Assembly: GCA_964035545.1 (NCBI GenBank)
Contig: OZ037766.1
Coordinates: 19,766,767 to 19,830,766 of the forward strand
Direction of reading: 5' to 3'
Length of the DNA stretch: 64,000 nt
DNA from: Bugula neritina
Taxonomy: Eukaryota; Animalia; Bryozoa
Part shown: positions 26,503-38,972 of the stretch, in pieces
Numbering within the stretch: position 1 is the stretch's first letter
How the letters are laid out: every line of letters starts with the position of its first letter
The notes under the pieces: generated by a model
What the model was told of the DNA's origin: nothing
Database searches by the model: none
What the model saw: the letters and a program-made list of their open reading frames with translations, nothing else
Position numbers and translations under genes: made by a program

Positions 26503-29500
26503 ATGTCATCCCCCACACTCACCCAGTCTCAAGACCAAATTGGTCATAGTGGAGGTAACTTTCCCTCTCTGCAACACTCTCAGTTGGAATCTACTACAGA
26601 TAACAACAATACAGATCCAAATGAGTTATGCGCATCATGCTCCAAGAAAGAATGTTTTCTTTTAACCAAAGGCGGAAAACAACAAAAAAGCAGCTTCAAA
26701 ATGGATGTCTTGTGATGTGTGCCTAAAATGGTATCATGGAACATGCCAGGGCCTCCAACCATCTGAGGTGAATTCCATCACTAGACTGTCGGAAAGAGGT
26801 GTTAAGTGGTTTTGTGATGAGAGCTCCTCTCAAAAAGATGATGGTGGCAATACACAACATATGAAGATGCTTCACGGCATTAATCAACAAATTTCTAAAC
26901 TTGAGAGAAAGTTAGAAAAATACCATCAACACAGCAATGAAGAATTCAGTACCCTCCAAAAGACATGGGATGATATTACCAGCAAAAACATTGAAATTGC
27001 GAATAACACAAAAAAACCCTGCAAATGACCACAACTAGCCAAGCACTACTTGCATCGGAGATGGAAAAGGACAACGAAGTGAAAAAATCCAATGCAATTT
27101 TGGATGGCCTAACTGAAAGAGATACTGCAATGCAAGATGTGATGGATTTTATGTCCAAAGAACTATTTAAGAATTTCAACAAGCCTGTTCAAACAGGTAG
27201 GCTTAGTGCTAAGACTGAAAACAAATATCGCTCAATCAAACTGCAATTTGAAGATGAAAGGTCCAAGTGGGAATTTTTAAAACGAGTAAATCATGCCTTG
27301 CGCTCAGATTCTTTGTTCTGCAAGCTGGACATAAACAAGGAAACCAGGGACAAAGAGTACACTTTTCGCCAACAGGTTAAAAAACTTAAGAAGGAGCAGC
27401 CAACCATACAAGTTCGAATTAGGGATTTCAACATTCAAAAGAAAGCTGAATCGGAAAACTGAGAAAAGTTGAAACCGGAAGACCAACAAACAAAACAATC
27501 TCAGATCTAAATCTTTTTCTTACTAATGTCAGGTTAGTCAAAGGAAAAACAGCAGAAATCACCGCTCTAACTAAAAACAATGATTTGATCTGCCTAACAG
27601 AAACGCATATTGATCAATCTATTCTCAGCAAGACTGTAATCAAAACACCTGTTCAGACTTCTTTAGAAATGACAGAAACATACAGAGTTATGATTGCAAT
27701 CAAGGCAAAACTGAACGCCAGAAATGTTTCCATTGAAACTTATAATGAAGAAATAGTAATTATCCTTATTCCAACTAACCTACTTATATGCTGTTACTAT
27801 AGACCGAGGACATCAACTTCAAATATCAAACAAATAAATAACATACTTAGTTCCATCAAATATAAATTTTTCGACTGCAACCTCCTTGTACTCGGTGATA
27901 TGAATCTTCCAGGACTAGACTGGGTTACCAAAACTATTAAACCCAATGCATCCTAGAAAGCTATCCATCTACAATTTCTCAACATGCTTCTCAAACATAA
28001 CTTACACCAGATGGTTACAGAACCTACATACATTCACAGAAACACTCTTGATCTGATATGCCTCTCTCACACCCATACAACAGATCCCCCAGATGTGGTA
28101 ATCCCTGGCCTAAGCGACCACTATATTATAACCCTGAAACAATGATACACCAACAACACAAATGTAAAAATACCAATGAAATCTTTGTCTATCAGAAGGC
28201 ACACGTTCAAGTCTTTACTGAAAAAAATGACTAATGCTCTTCATCAAATTAAAAACCTATGTGACGTTCATAAAATGTGGGATATTTACAAAAGATCACT
28301 TGATGAAGCCATACTTGAGTCTGTTCAACTCGAAACTATACATGTCAAAAATGAAGATCAACCACCTTGGTTCAGCAAACATATTAAAAAAATGATAGAC
28401 AAGCAACACAATACACACAGAAAATGCAAACAAACTGGAGATCCATACCACTTGAATAGATATAAGCAGCACCGCCTGAACAAGAAAGAACTCAAAAAGC
28501 TCAATAGGATTATTTGCTATATAAAGTTTGTAAGCCCTTGGAAAAGGGGAACAGCAAACCTTTTTACAAACCTCTTAGGTACAAACAAAATCAACAGCAT
28601 CCTTTAGAGACTATGAGACTTATGGATGGCCTTCCAACCACTGACAGTAAGATAATCGCCAACAAACTAAATAGATACTTTCACTCATAGTTCCGCCATC
28701 AAGAAAGTATATCAAAACTCCCATTTCTTTTAACGCAAACAAAACCATTTCCCATCACATTAGATGGTGTTGAAAAACTTATTGTTAACCTCAAAAATAA
28801 TAAATCACCTGGCCCAGACCAGATCCACAAATGCCAATTACTAATAAACCCTAATATCAATGCAGAGTGTCTTCAGCATATTTTCGCTGCTTCATTAAAA
28901 TTAAGTGTGCTCCCAGGTGCATATAAAAAAAGGTGAAAAAGAGAAGCCATGCAATTATTGACCTATTTCATTGACAAGTGTCCCCTGCAAAATGCTAGAA
29001 TATATTATATTACACTATCTAAATAAAACACTAGATTCAATTTTGGTTAATAGACAACATGAATTTAGACGTGGTCTCTCATGTGACGCTCAATTGTGTG
29101 CAACTTTTCATGATCTTGCAAGAGCAGCCGACAACTTATCAACTACTCATGCAGTAGTTCTAGATTTTAAAAAGGCCTTCAATAAAGTTCCTCATTTACT
29201 ACTCATAGAGAAAATCAGGCGAATTAAAAGAATTGACCCTTTTATTGCCAATTAGATACAGAGCTTTTTGACTGACAGAAACCAAAAAGTGGCGATCAAA
29301 GGGGCGGAATCATCTGAACTAAGTGTAACATCTGGAGTCCCCCAAGGATCAGTTTTTGGACCAACACTCTTCCTAATTTACATCAATGATCTCCCTCAAT
29401 CTGTCTCATGCAAAGTTAGTCTATATGCTGATGACACACTTCTATATGCTGAAGTTAACAACAAAATAAAACAGGAAGCCTTTCAGAGAGACCTAAACTC

Positions 29501-30395
29501 ACTTTATAACTGATCACTTAAATGGAAAATGCCATTTAATACCGATAAGTGTGAAGTGATTAGATTTGGTAAAACTGATGATACCTCCAATCTATATTCA
29601 CTTGGTGACACCACTCTTAGAACAGTTAAAGAGGGCAAATATCTTGGTGTAATCATGCAGTCTAACCTAAAGTTTGACAGACATATTACATCTAAAGTCA
29701 ACAATGCAAGCAAAATACTTGGCTGTATCAAGCATACAATCTACAATGCACCCATGAACGCAAAATTAATTGCATACCTTAGTCTATGTAGACCTATCTT
29801 TGAGTATGCAGACACGTTGTGGGATCCAACTAACAAAAGTGCCCGTGAGGAAATTGAACATGTTCAAAATCAAGCCATCAGGTTTATTGCTAATCTCAAA
29901 GGAAGCTGTGATGAGTGATGCTGGAATTGAATTGCAGCTTAAAACTCTTGCAAGTCGACGAAGAGAGCACAGAATAACTTTGTTAATGAGAATACTCTCA
30001 GATGAAGAGCGCCATGAAACACTTTCATCTGCTTATGATGAACTATTAAATTCAAATCGGTCAATAAACACTCAATCTGCTAAAAGAGGAGAACCAACAT
30101 CAATTTCTGCATCCTCACAGACCTTTCACAACAGTTTTCTCCCTCGAAGCATTAGAGATTTGAGAATACCACCTCATAACACAAACTCAGCTTAGCTATG
30201 TGCTAAAACCCTTTACATTACAATTAAAATATCCAAACTTAGCTACATGCTAGAATAGATACATTTCAACACATGATAAACCCAAACAAAAACAACATAA
30301 GAGGCACTCGTAATTTTGCGCCTGTAGGTGTTAGCAGAGTGTTCTAATTTTTACGAGGTGAGTTACGAGGAATGTTATCATTTATTTTATATTTA
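26503..30395 (+). mobile_element. Near full-length, inactivated non-LTR retrotransposon (CR1/L2 group): PHD-finger ORF1 and APE-RT ORF2
   Basis: ORF1 ~26503-27510: CASC...WMSCDVCLKWYHGTCQG...WFCD (PHD) followed by a coiled-coil-like region. ORF2 ~27520-30195: endonuclease motifs ICLTETH, LGDMNLP, NTLDL, SDHY; RT motifs KSPGPD, PISLTSVPCKMLE, LDFKKAFNKVPH, GVPQGSVFGPTLFLIYINDL, YADDT, KYLGV; C-terminus NSFLPRSIRD. Numerous stops and frameshifts. Exact element ends are uncertain. Confidence 0.93.
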
Positions 30396-33232
30396 TAATA
30401 ATAATTAAATTTAATAATTATCAATATAAATATTGTATTTTAATTTATAGTGGTAACACTAAAAGTGAAATTAAAAGTAAATTTGATACTCATAGTCATA
30501 CTGATAGGCTGATAGTGATACTGATACTCATAGTCATACTGACAATGTGAATGCGAATGATACTCATACTCATACTGATAGCACTACGGCTACACGACTA
30601 GACTTAGTACCTGTACTAGTACTACTAGTACTACTACTAGACCTAGTACTTGAATAATAATAATAATATTAATTGAGCACACTAATATTGCCGAGCACAT
30701 TTTGATTCCATCATCTACTTGTAGTATTTTTGTTTATTACCGATAGCGAGAGCATACATGGTGTCAGTGGTGATACAATTATTATTATGTACTGAATTAC
30801 GAATACTATTTGCTGTTAATCACGCCATAGACTGAGTTTCGGGTTTGATAACCCTTTTCCTGCTACCAGCCTGCAACTGCGGGCAACCGAACCGGGCAAA
30901 GAATGCTGTATCGTTGATAATGCTGTGTCAAGGCATAATACGCGGGTAACGTTTATAGAAATCGCTTGAAATAGTGCAAAGCTTGTGGTCACCGAGTGTG
31001 ATTTCAAATTTAGAGTTGGGAGATATAGCGAAGCTCAAACAGTGGCGCAAAAACTTCATTTGGTGACTGCAAATTTTGTGCTGTATCTAGCGATTCCTAA
31101 CATTCACAAAGTTAATAAATAGTACTGCTACTAGTTGAGTTGCAAGATTCCTTTCCGTTAGCCGTTAAGTCTAATGAATAATCATAATGATAATAATTGA
31201 ACTTGATAACGAAAGTACCACTATAAATTAAAATTGCTTCCCAAAACCTATTAGAACTATTTTATGTTATTATTTATTCATTTTGGTTGTGCCACAGCCT
31301 TTTGCTAGTGTAATTCCTTACCATCGCCATCGGCCTAGTAGTAGTAGTACTAGTAGTAGTAGTACTAGTACTAGTAGTACTAGTAGTAGTAACTCTATTT
31401 CAGTGAATGTAGTTGTAAAATTAAATCATTAAATTTACATGATAAATGTTTATGTAATAAACTAATACTAATAGTAATACTTAATAGTTAATAATAATAG
31501 TAATAGTAATACTATTACTAATAGTATTTGTATTGCCTATTGGTAATACTAATAGTATTACTCTAAGTCTAATACTAATAGTCAGTAATACTAATAGTAT
31601 TAGTATTAGTAATACTATTACAATTACTTTTAGGTCCACTGACTACTAGGTTGAGATGGTAGTGGATTTGGAAAGAACTTTTCTCAAGATCAAGATGTGA
31701 GCTGTTCCTAGTAACTGTAAAGGCTAAGGCTGACTGTTGAATCAGTGAGTATTTGTTTTCAGCTATTCCAAGTACTAGTTGTGTCATCTTATCCACATTG
31801 GTGTTTTCAGCTCCGACAGCTCTAAGTACAATGAACTTGGAGATGAATTTTGGTGATGTTTTTCAAAGCCGGGGACAGGGACAGGGAATCAAAAGGTTTT
31901 CATGTGGATTCATGAAAAGTTTTGATAAGAAACATTTGTATGTCAATCAAAATGATAATTGGGAGTTTACTGTTAGTTATAACAAGGATTCCAGGTTTTT
32001 TAAATAAAAACTGTATAAATGACTGATTTTGGGGGATTTTACCTTCCAAATTTGACGTTGGCATAAGAATTTCTAAGGGAGATTTGTTGGAAAAAGTCAG
32101 ACAATGTATTGAATGAAAATATTGGAAAATTAAGGAAAGTTTGATTTTATGGAAATCCTGAAAATAAAATCATGATTGGTTTTCCACTCACTAAATTTAT
32201 TGAGGGTAATAAAACTTTCTTATTTTGGTGTGAGGTAAGCAGTATCACTAATCAATTGATACAAATAATTTATGATTAGTGGTCTAGGTTTGTGTTTGTA
32301 TCACCATTGCTGGATAAATATCCTATTTATTTAGATAGTATAATGTTGTGGAGATCAATTCCATACTCTAATCAAAACAGCAAGAAGCAATATCTCTGGA
32401 AGCTTACAAATTATTCAATACAAATAAAATAAAATTAAATGCCATTTCTGGTATGCATATTATTAAATTTCACTTTGCTAAAACACAATTCAAGCAGGCA
32501 TTAAATTGGGTTTTCCAAGCATTTGCAGGTAGATACTAAAAGCATAAGATTTAGCATGTTTGATTTGCTAGATACCACAAATGAAAATTATCATTATTTC
32601 AGTTAATTTGTAAACATTCATTGAAGATATGTCTAAGCTTAGGTTGCTGATGAATGAAGCTGCTGTTTCAAAAAGAATGACGCAGGATTCCGTCTAAGCC
32701 ACATAAAATAATATCAACTGGTCTTCAACCAGAATTACTTTCAATCTGTTACGGTAGAAAATAGCTCCTCTACTTGCTGTAATACCAAATCAGCAGTTAC
32801 ATGTTAGATCAAGAGTTGTAGATTCTGATTAACTTCATAGAATAAAAATAGTGACGTTAAATTAGTTTGTTTACACTAAGCAAATGTTGTTCAGATAATT
32901 TGTGAAAAGAATTGCCAATTGCATCTAAAACAGTAGCAACTTGTTTATGTGTTACAGTCATATCGATTAATAGACTTGCCTTTATACACCAATTTTTTTT
33001 TATTTAGCTTTATATTGCTTGGTGAATGAATTATAATGGAAATTTTTATTGTGCTTCAGTACTTGAATTTAATTTTGCGTTATTGTGAGTGAATTAAGCC
33101 ATGGTTAAGCAGAATTGCAAATTGAGCGAAGAGAAGCCTGTAGTATAATGTTTACTTGCTGAGTTATTTATGTATATACCTAACAGTAATATGTTAACGA
33201 TACATATGATAGCAGTATTGTGGTTTAATCTC

Positions 33233-33235
<3 letters not shown>

Positions 33236-33283
<48 letters not shown>
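33236..33283. repeat. (TA)n microsatellite
   Basis: Uninterrupted TA run of about 24 units. Confidence 0.95.
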
Positions 33284-33288
<5 letters not shown>

Positions 33289-33823
33289 ACACTTATAACT
33301 AGAGTCGGTTCTTTCTATGCCGTCAAGCTGTACACTTTATACCTTACAATAATAAACCTTACGATACATTATTCCAATGGTCTCATCTTTATTATTACCC
33401 ACACAAACATACAAAAACGGAAACATTACAAGACTTAATGTTGAATATAAGTTTGAAAAACAGTACTTGGTGTTTAAATAGAAATAATGGCTTAACTATA
33501 TTATGGTATAGCTGTGTAAAATATGCTTAATAACATGCTAATGACTCACTGCTCCATTACAGTTACACTGTGTTGAGGTTGCACTGCATTGAAGCTGCAC
33601 CCCATGGAAATGTACCATGATTTTATTAAAAGCATTAGCAGTGAAAGGAATAAGAAGCTGTAAAATGTACCAATTTGCAGAAGAATACAAGGTGCCTGCC
33701 GTCAACAGCAAATCTAATTATGCTTAATTTTATGTGGCATGCTTCAAGAAACAAACACTCTAATAATTAATCTTGGTCACAGTTTATTATCTATTACAAT
33801 CAGTAAAAGACTCAACAGTATTG

Positions 33824-36800
33824 TTATAGTAGGATCAGTTGGTAAAGGCTCAGCAAGTTTGAACAGCCTTCCTGATTGCGCATTGAAGCAAATGCCTTTG
33901 ATCGATCCTACATCATTAATTATGTTACATTGTTGATGAACACTTCAGTACCAGATCTACCAGCTTCTGGATGACATGGCAAATAGAAAAACTTTAAATT
34001 GTGTTTATATCAAGTAAAATAATATTTTTCTCAATTTACTGGTTTTTATAAATCACCTAAGCAGTTTTATGCAACATTAAAACTATATTAAATGAATGTA
34101 TTCTGGAATAATATTGTTAGTGTGAACATTTCATCATTATTAGAATTAAATCGGAGGAATAATAAGTAATATATCAGAACAATATTATTATTCATTCATT
34201 TATGTAAAATTAGACACTAAGGAGACCAATGTTCATATAAAATAAAATTTTGATAAGGATATGAATTACCATAATGATTTAATAAGGATACAAAAAACTC
34301 TTTTTGCAGATTAAAATATTGAGATAGTATAATAGTTTGTTTTATATGTAATAATACAATGGCTAAAAACTAGACTCGCAACTTTAGAGAAAGTAAGCTA
34401 ATTATAGATTTCCTAGCCACAAGAAAAAAAATTCACTTTACATTTTGCTAGAACGAAACATGCTGGCCTGCATATTTGATTTTTGTTTCACTTAATCATT
34501 TATATAATAACATAGTGTATCATATTCCAGCTTTTTTCCTTTAAATAATTAATAAATCTAGTTTATTCTTGAACATTATATGAGTGAAAACTGCAACAGT
34601 TGATAATAAAGTTAATTTCATAACAGAAGCCAAGGCAAAATTTTTCCTACTAGGCAACTAGTTATTACCATTTTGTTAAAATAAGTCAGTTTATTTGAAT
34701 GAACTATAACCTCTGCGGCCGAGTGTTGATAATCTGTTGCAGAGATGTTGTTAAGGAGTTGTTCTAACTCACTGTAGAAATCTGTTGCTGAACTTATCTC
34801 TCCTAACCGAAAGGTATCTTGTTTTCTTTGAGCTACAATAAGTAATATTTTAAAAGAAGATTCCTCACATATAACTATCTGCAGGTATTATAAGTACTTT
34901 ATACTTTTTGTGCTTTTTAAACTTTATAGTTTTACCCTGGAATTCTGATAACATATTTGTATGGTATATAGGTAAATAAGTCACGCAAGTTTATAGTCAC
35001 TATCCCTATGAAAACCTTTGACAAAAAGGGTTTTTTAGTTAGATCGGGCTAAGGACTTATTCAGGAGGGGTGCAGAAGCAATTATGACTGGATGCTTTTC
35101 CAAACATAACCAATGGCCTTTGTCGGGGTTCGAACCTACAACTTCGTATTTACTAAGCTAATGACCTCCTAGGCCACAGGTGCTTCCTATGTTCTATTAT
35201 GTTGTAGGCCTATATGTATGTATATAGCATAATTATAATAAATGACTTATGACCTGTTTAATGCTTGCATGCCCACTAATTTGAGGATAAATAAGACTAA
35301 ACAAAATAAAGTAATTTCATCATCTACTTTTGCTTTTAATTAATCTCATTAATTTTACTAATGTAAATAAAACTATTTGGTACAATAACTTGAGAAAATA
35401 CAATTCGTTGCAAAAATAGAAATGTTCATGCAAAAAAAAGGTCACACATTTTCCCACTTACTAAGACTTCAGAATTAATGTATAGGTTGAAATAGTAATT
35501 GGCTAAAATAATTAATATTAATATAAGAGCTGTATAACACACCACGCATTTCTATCCAATATGTTGCTAGCAAATTTGGTCTTCTTGTTTGCAAACGATA
35601 TACATACAATAGTGACATTGATTATGATAATGTAAGTGTTAATGTGAGTTATACGACTGGAAAACTTTTTTTGAATAATTTGACATAGAATAGCTCAAAG
35701 AATTGTAGCAGTAATTATCAATTATACCATTAAATACAACAAACCAACTATTAAAGTCATATGATATTCTTCATTTTTATTTTAGCTTTGGCTGTTGCAC
35801 AAAAGGCGCAATTATCTGCAAGAAAAAATATAACATGAAGTTTAATTAATTCTCACCTGTCAAAAGTGCCAGCTTAGATTGGGAAGCAGTTGATTTTGGG
35901 AACCCTTTAATTGGTATTGCAGTGGTTGATGTTTCCACATGCGCTGGTGAAAAAGATGCGCTCAGAGTCGTCGGAAAAGTGGAAAGTTGTACAGTAGCAT
36001 TTTCTACTTGAGTTATATTGAATGCATCTTCAGCTGGCAGCACTACAGGATCACAGTTGACCCAGAATTCTGTGTACGTATTGACTACAGTCAGCCTGAG
36101 TAAAATCAAGTAAAATAAAATCAGTGCATGTTCAAAGCTATGCTAAATGTAAGAGCAAATATGAAGTGAAAATGGCACTGAGTATTTTTAGTAATTTTAG
36201 CATAAAACAATATTTTAAAAATCAAACTATTGTTTAAAATCTAAGCAATCCCAACTGTTTTTTTAATAATAAAGAACTTTGCTGACGCCTACTGCATTGG
36301 CACTACAAGTATTTATAACCTTCATAACTATCTGTGCTGTGCTGTAACAACGAACAACATTTTGTGTATGCATGATGAAAACCAAACAGAAATTTTTATT
36401 GAACATAATCTGTAATTGTAATTCAGCTTGATGTAACATAACCTTTAAATTTAAGGTTAGCTCATAACTAGCCAAAATATTTTAGTTAAAAGTGATTGCT
36501 TTCACTATTAAAATAATAATACTTAAAACTTGTACAGACTGCTTTTTGCTAACTAACCATGCGCATGTGCTGAAAATTAATTCTTCCAGTGTCAAGAAAT
36601 TATCTTTACTAACAGCATGTATTCATTATGCTTTATTTATAAGTATTATTAAAATGCAAAGTTAACACGCATAGGCAATTTCCTGTACAATAATTTGCTT
36701 TTATTTTGTAAGAAAGGTGATGAGGGTAATTAATTATATATGGAAATACACACCCCATAGATTGGATGCAAATCACAACTCACCTATATAATAGACACAT

Positions 36801-38172
36801 GTAGTATATGTACGATAAAACTAATTATTACATTCCAATTTATTTTCCTGTAATATAAAATGATATTTTATGAGTTTACATTGGCTACAGTTTTAATGAA
36901 GTGTTTTGAACAAAGACAAGGTTCAACAAACCCTTTTCATGTCTGTAATTGGAGCGATATAACTTAAGGAAATGAAAACTGTTTTTAACTGCACTAAAAC
37001 CAAGGAAATGAATAATTTTATCTTCATTATAATATGTTGGAGGTTGTTACAAGCAGCAAATTCATAACCAAACCGTTTGGGCTCTAAATTACTCTAGTAG
37101 TTAAATTATTACTCATTATACTAATTTTGTCTACATACTACCTACTTTGTGGATACATTCTAGTCATTTGTTTGAAAAAAAATTCTTTCAACAAGCATCT
37201 TACTATAAAAGCACAAATGAAGCAATCCTTATAATTGTCAAGTCACATAAATGCGGCATTAATGTATTTGCATGTTAACAACCACTGTGGTACAGCAGAA
37301 TTTATTTTTCTCACTAATTATCATATATTTTATTACAATATGTACACAGCAATGTCTAGAAACTTACCATATGAAGTATATCTGCCCACCAGAATCATAC
37401 GGTGGGGTCCATGTAACTGCAGCATGCAGCTTATCTGAGCTGTCATTATGAGTTGCTGCAGCACCATTACATATTGTTTGTACGCCTGCTCCAAAATGGC
37501 CGACAGCATGACTCGTTTCATTAAACACAGTCAGTTGAAATCCTCTGAAAGTCTGCAAGCCGGACCATGACGTAATGTTCACTGCAACAGAAAACACTCG
37601 CGAGGGTGTAGTGTGAGCCTAAACGGAGCTACAATATGCCGGTTAGATCTTTTTAAAAAGCTTTATATTACATAAAATAAAAGCCTAGTGATTATCAGAT
37701 GCAACGTCAAATTTATTAATAATTTCATGTTGATGCCGCAAAAATAAAAACTGTTTAAGTAAATATACATAGTTTCTTGGAACTCAATTACAGTATTACT
37801 ACAGATATGCATTCATTCTCTTGAAGAGATTTCTTTTATCTAAGCATACATTTGACTCCATATAATGCAGCGACATGGCCAGTGAAATCAGTGCATTTTA
37901 CAATATAACTAATTTACATCAAATATATTACAGTTTAGTGTCTCTTAGCATTGTAATATTAACTTACATGTGTGAGGTACACCAGGTCTAAAAGGTAAGG
38001 CATTCAACAAATATGGGCAGTTTTGGTGAGTAGTTCTTCTACCTGATGCCATATTGACAGCTCTGACGCCATGCATTGGTGTAGCATCATAGCAAGCTTT
38101 CTCAGGTGCCCCAGTTGAATAAGAGAAAACTACGTTTAAAATACTGAACAGAAGAGCTGATGCGCAAAACAT
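33824..38172 (-). CDS. Reeler-domain protein with signal peptide and Ser/Thr-rich stalk; 3' end uncertain
   Basis: Exons 38172-37968 (MFCASALLFSILNVVFS-YSTGAPEKACYDATPMHG), 37581-37368 (FRGFQL...VGHF...C...ATHNDSSDK...VTWTPP), 36095-35857 (LTVVNTYTEFWV plus S/T-rich region) and 34832-34711, all phase-compatible. The next exon starts at 33966 or 33907. Confidence 0.85.
34979..35188 (-). mobile_element. tRNA-derived SINE, copy 2
   Basis: Same family as 16281, 47636 and 52150; contains GGTTCGAACC. Confidence 0.85.
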
Positions 38173-38730
38173 GCTGTTGCATGGGAAGCCTTTTCAGAAT
38201 TAATAGCTTAATATTATTATTCATTACAATGATTATAGCGACCATTATAGCACTGAAAAGGTCAAATTCTGTAACCATAGAAACAAAACTTTCTTCATCA
38301 GGAAAAGTATTTCTGTCAACGTTTTACTTAACAAGCTGAATAAATTAGTATGACTTATGTACAGTCTACAGATTTTAGGACTTACCACTAGTATGTCTCA
38401 GAGTAGCTACATTGTTAGAGGGGACAATAAATTCAGAAAGTTACCTCAATAATAAAATATAAACATAATGACGTAATAGAAAACTACTTTAGTAAATATA
38501 ATTTTAGTTCAGTATCTCATATGAACCTCATAGCCTGCAATAACCAATAAAGAAAGCTACATTATATTTAAAAATAGCTAAAAATAATGTTATAGAACAT
38601 TTTGTGCATCAAACTCAAAAACATTTTCAGGTATACAACACATTTCATATACTGATTCAACATAGTAGTAGTAGACTTTTCCTTGTTAAGTAGTACTTTC
38701 TGTAAATGTGCAGATCTGTGCTAGGGAAAC

Positions 38731-38972
38731 AACCACCACAACACAAACTACTACATATACTACTACACATACTACTACACAGGCCACTACACATACTACT
38801 ACTACTGCTACTGCTACTGCTACTGCTACTGCTACTGCTACTGCTACTGCTACTACTACTACACATACTACTACACATACTACTACACATACCACTACAC
38901 ATACTACTACACATACTACTACACATACCACCACACATACTACTACACATACTATTACACAGACTACTACAC
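38731..38972. repeat. Compound microsatellite: (ACTACTACACAT)n - (ACTGCT)n - (ACTACTACACAT)n
   Basis: Directly visible; explains the four overlapping low-complexity ORFs at 38657-39050. Confidence 0.92.

Noticed and set aside
27460-29513. In-frame TGA/TAG in the LINE as recoding or an alternative genetic code
   Set aside because: They are accompanied by frameshifts, and the host genes use the standard code; simple decay explains them.
26264-30414. AATTAAATTTAA at 26264-26275 and 30403-30414 as the LINE TSD
   Set aside because: A pure A/T match is likely by chance in this composition, so the element ends were left approximate.
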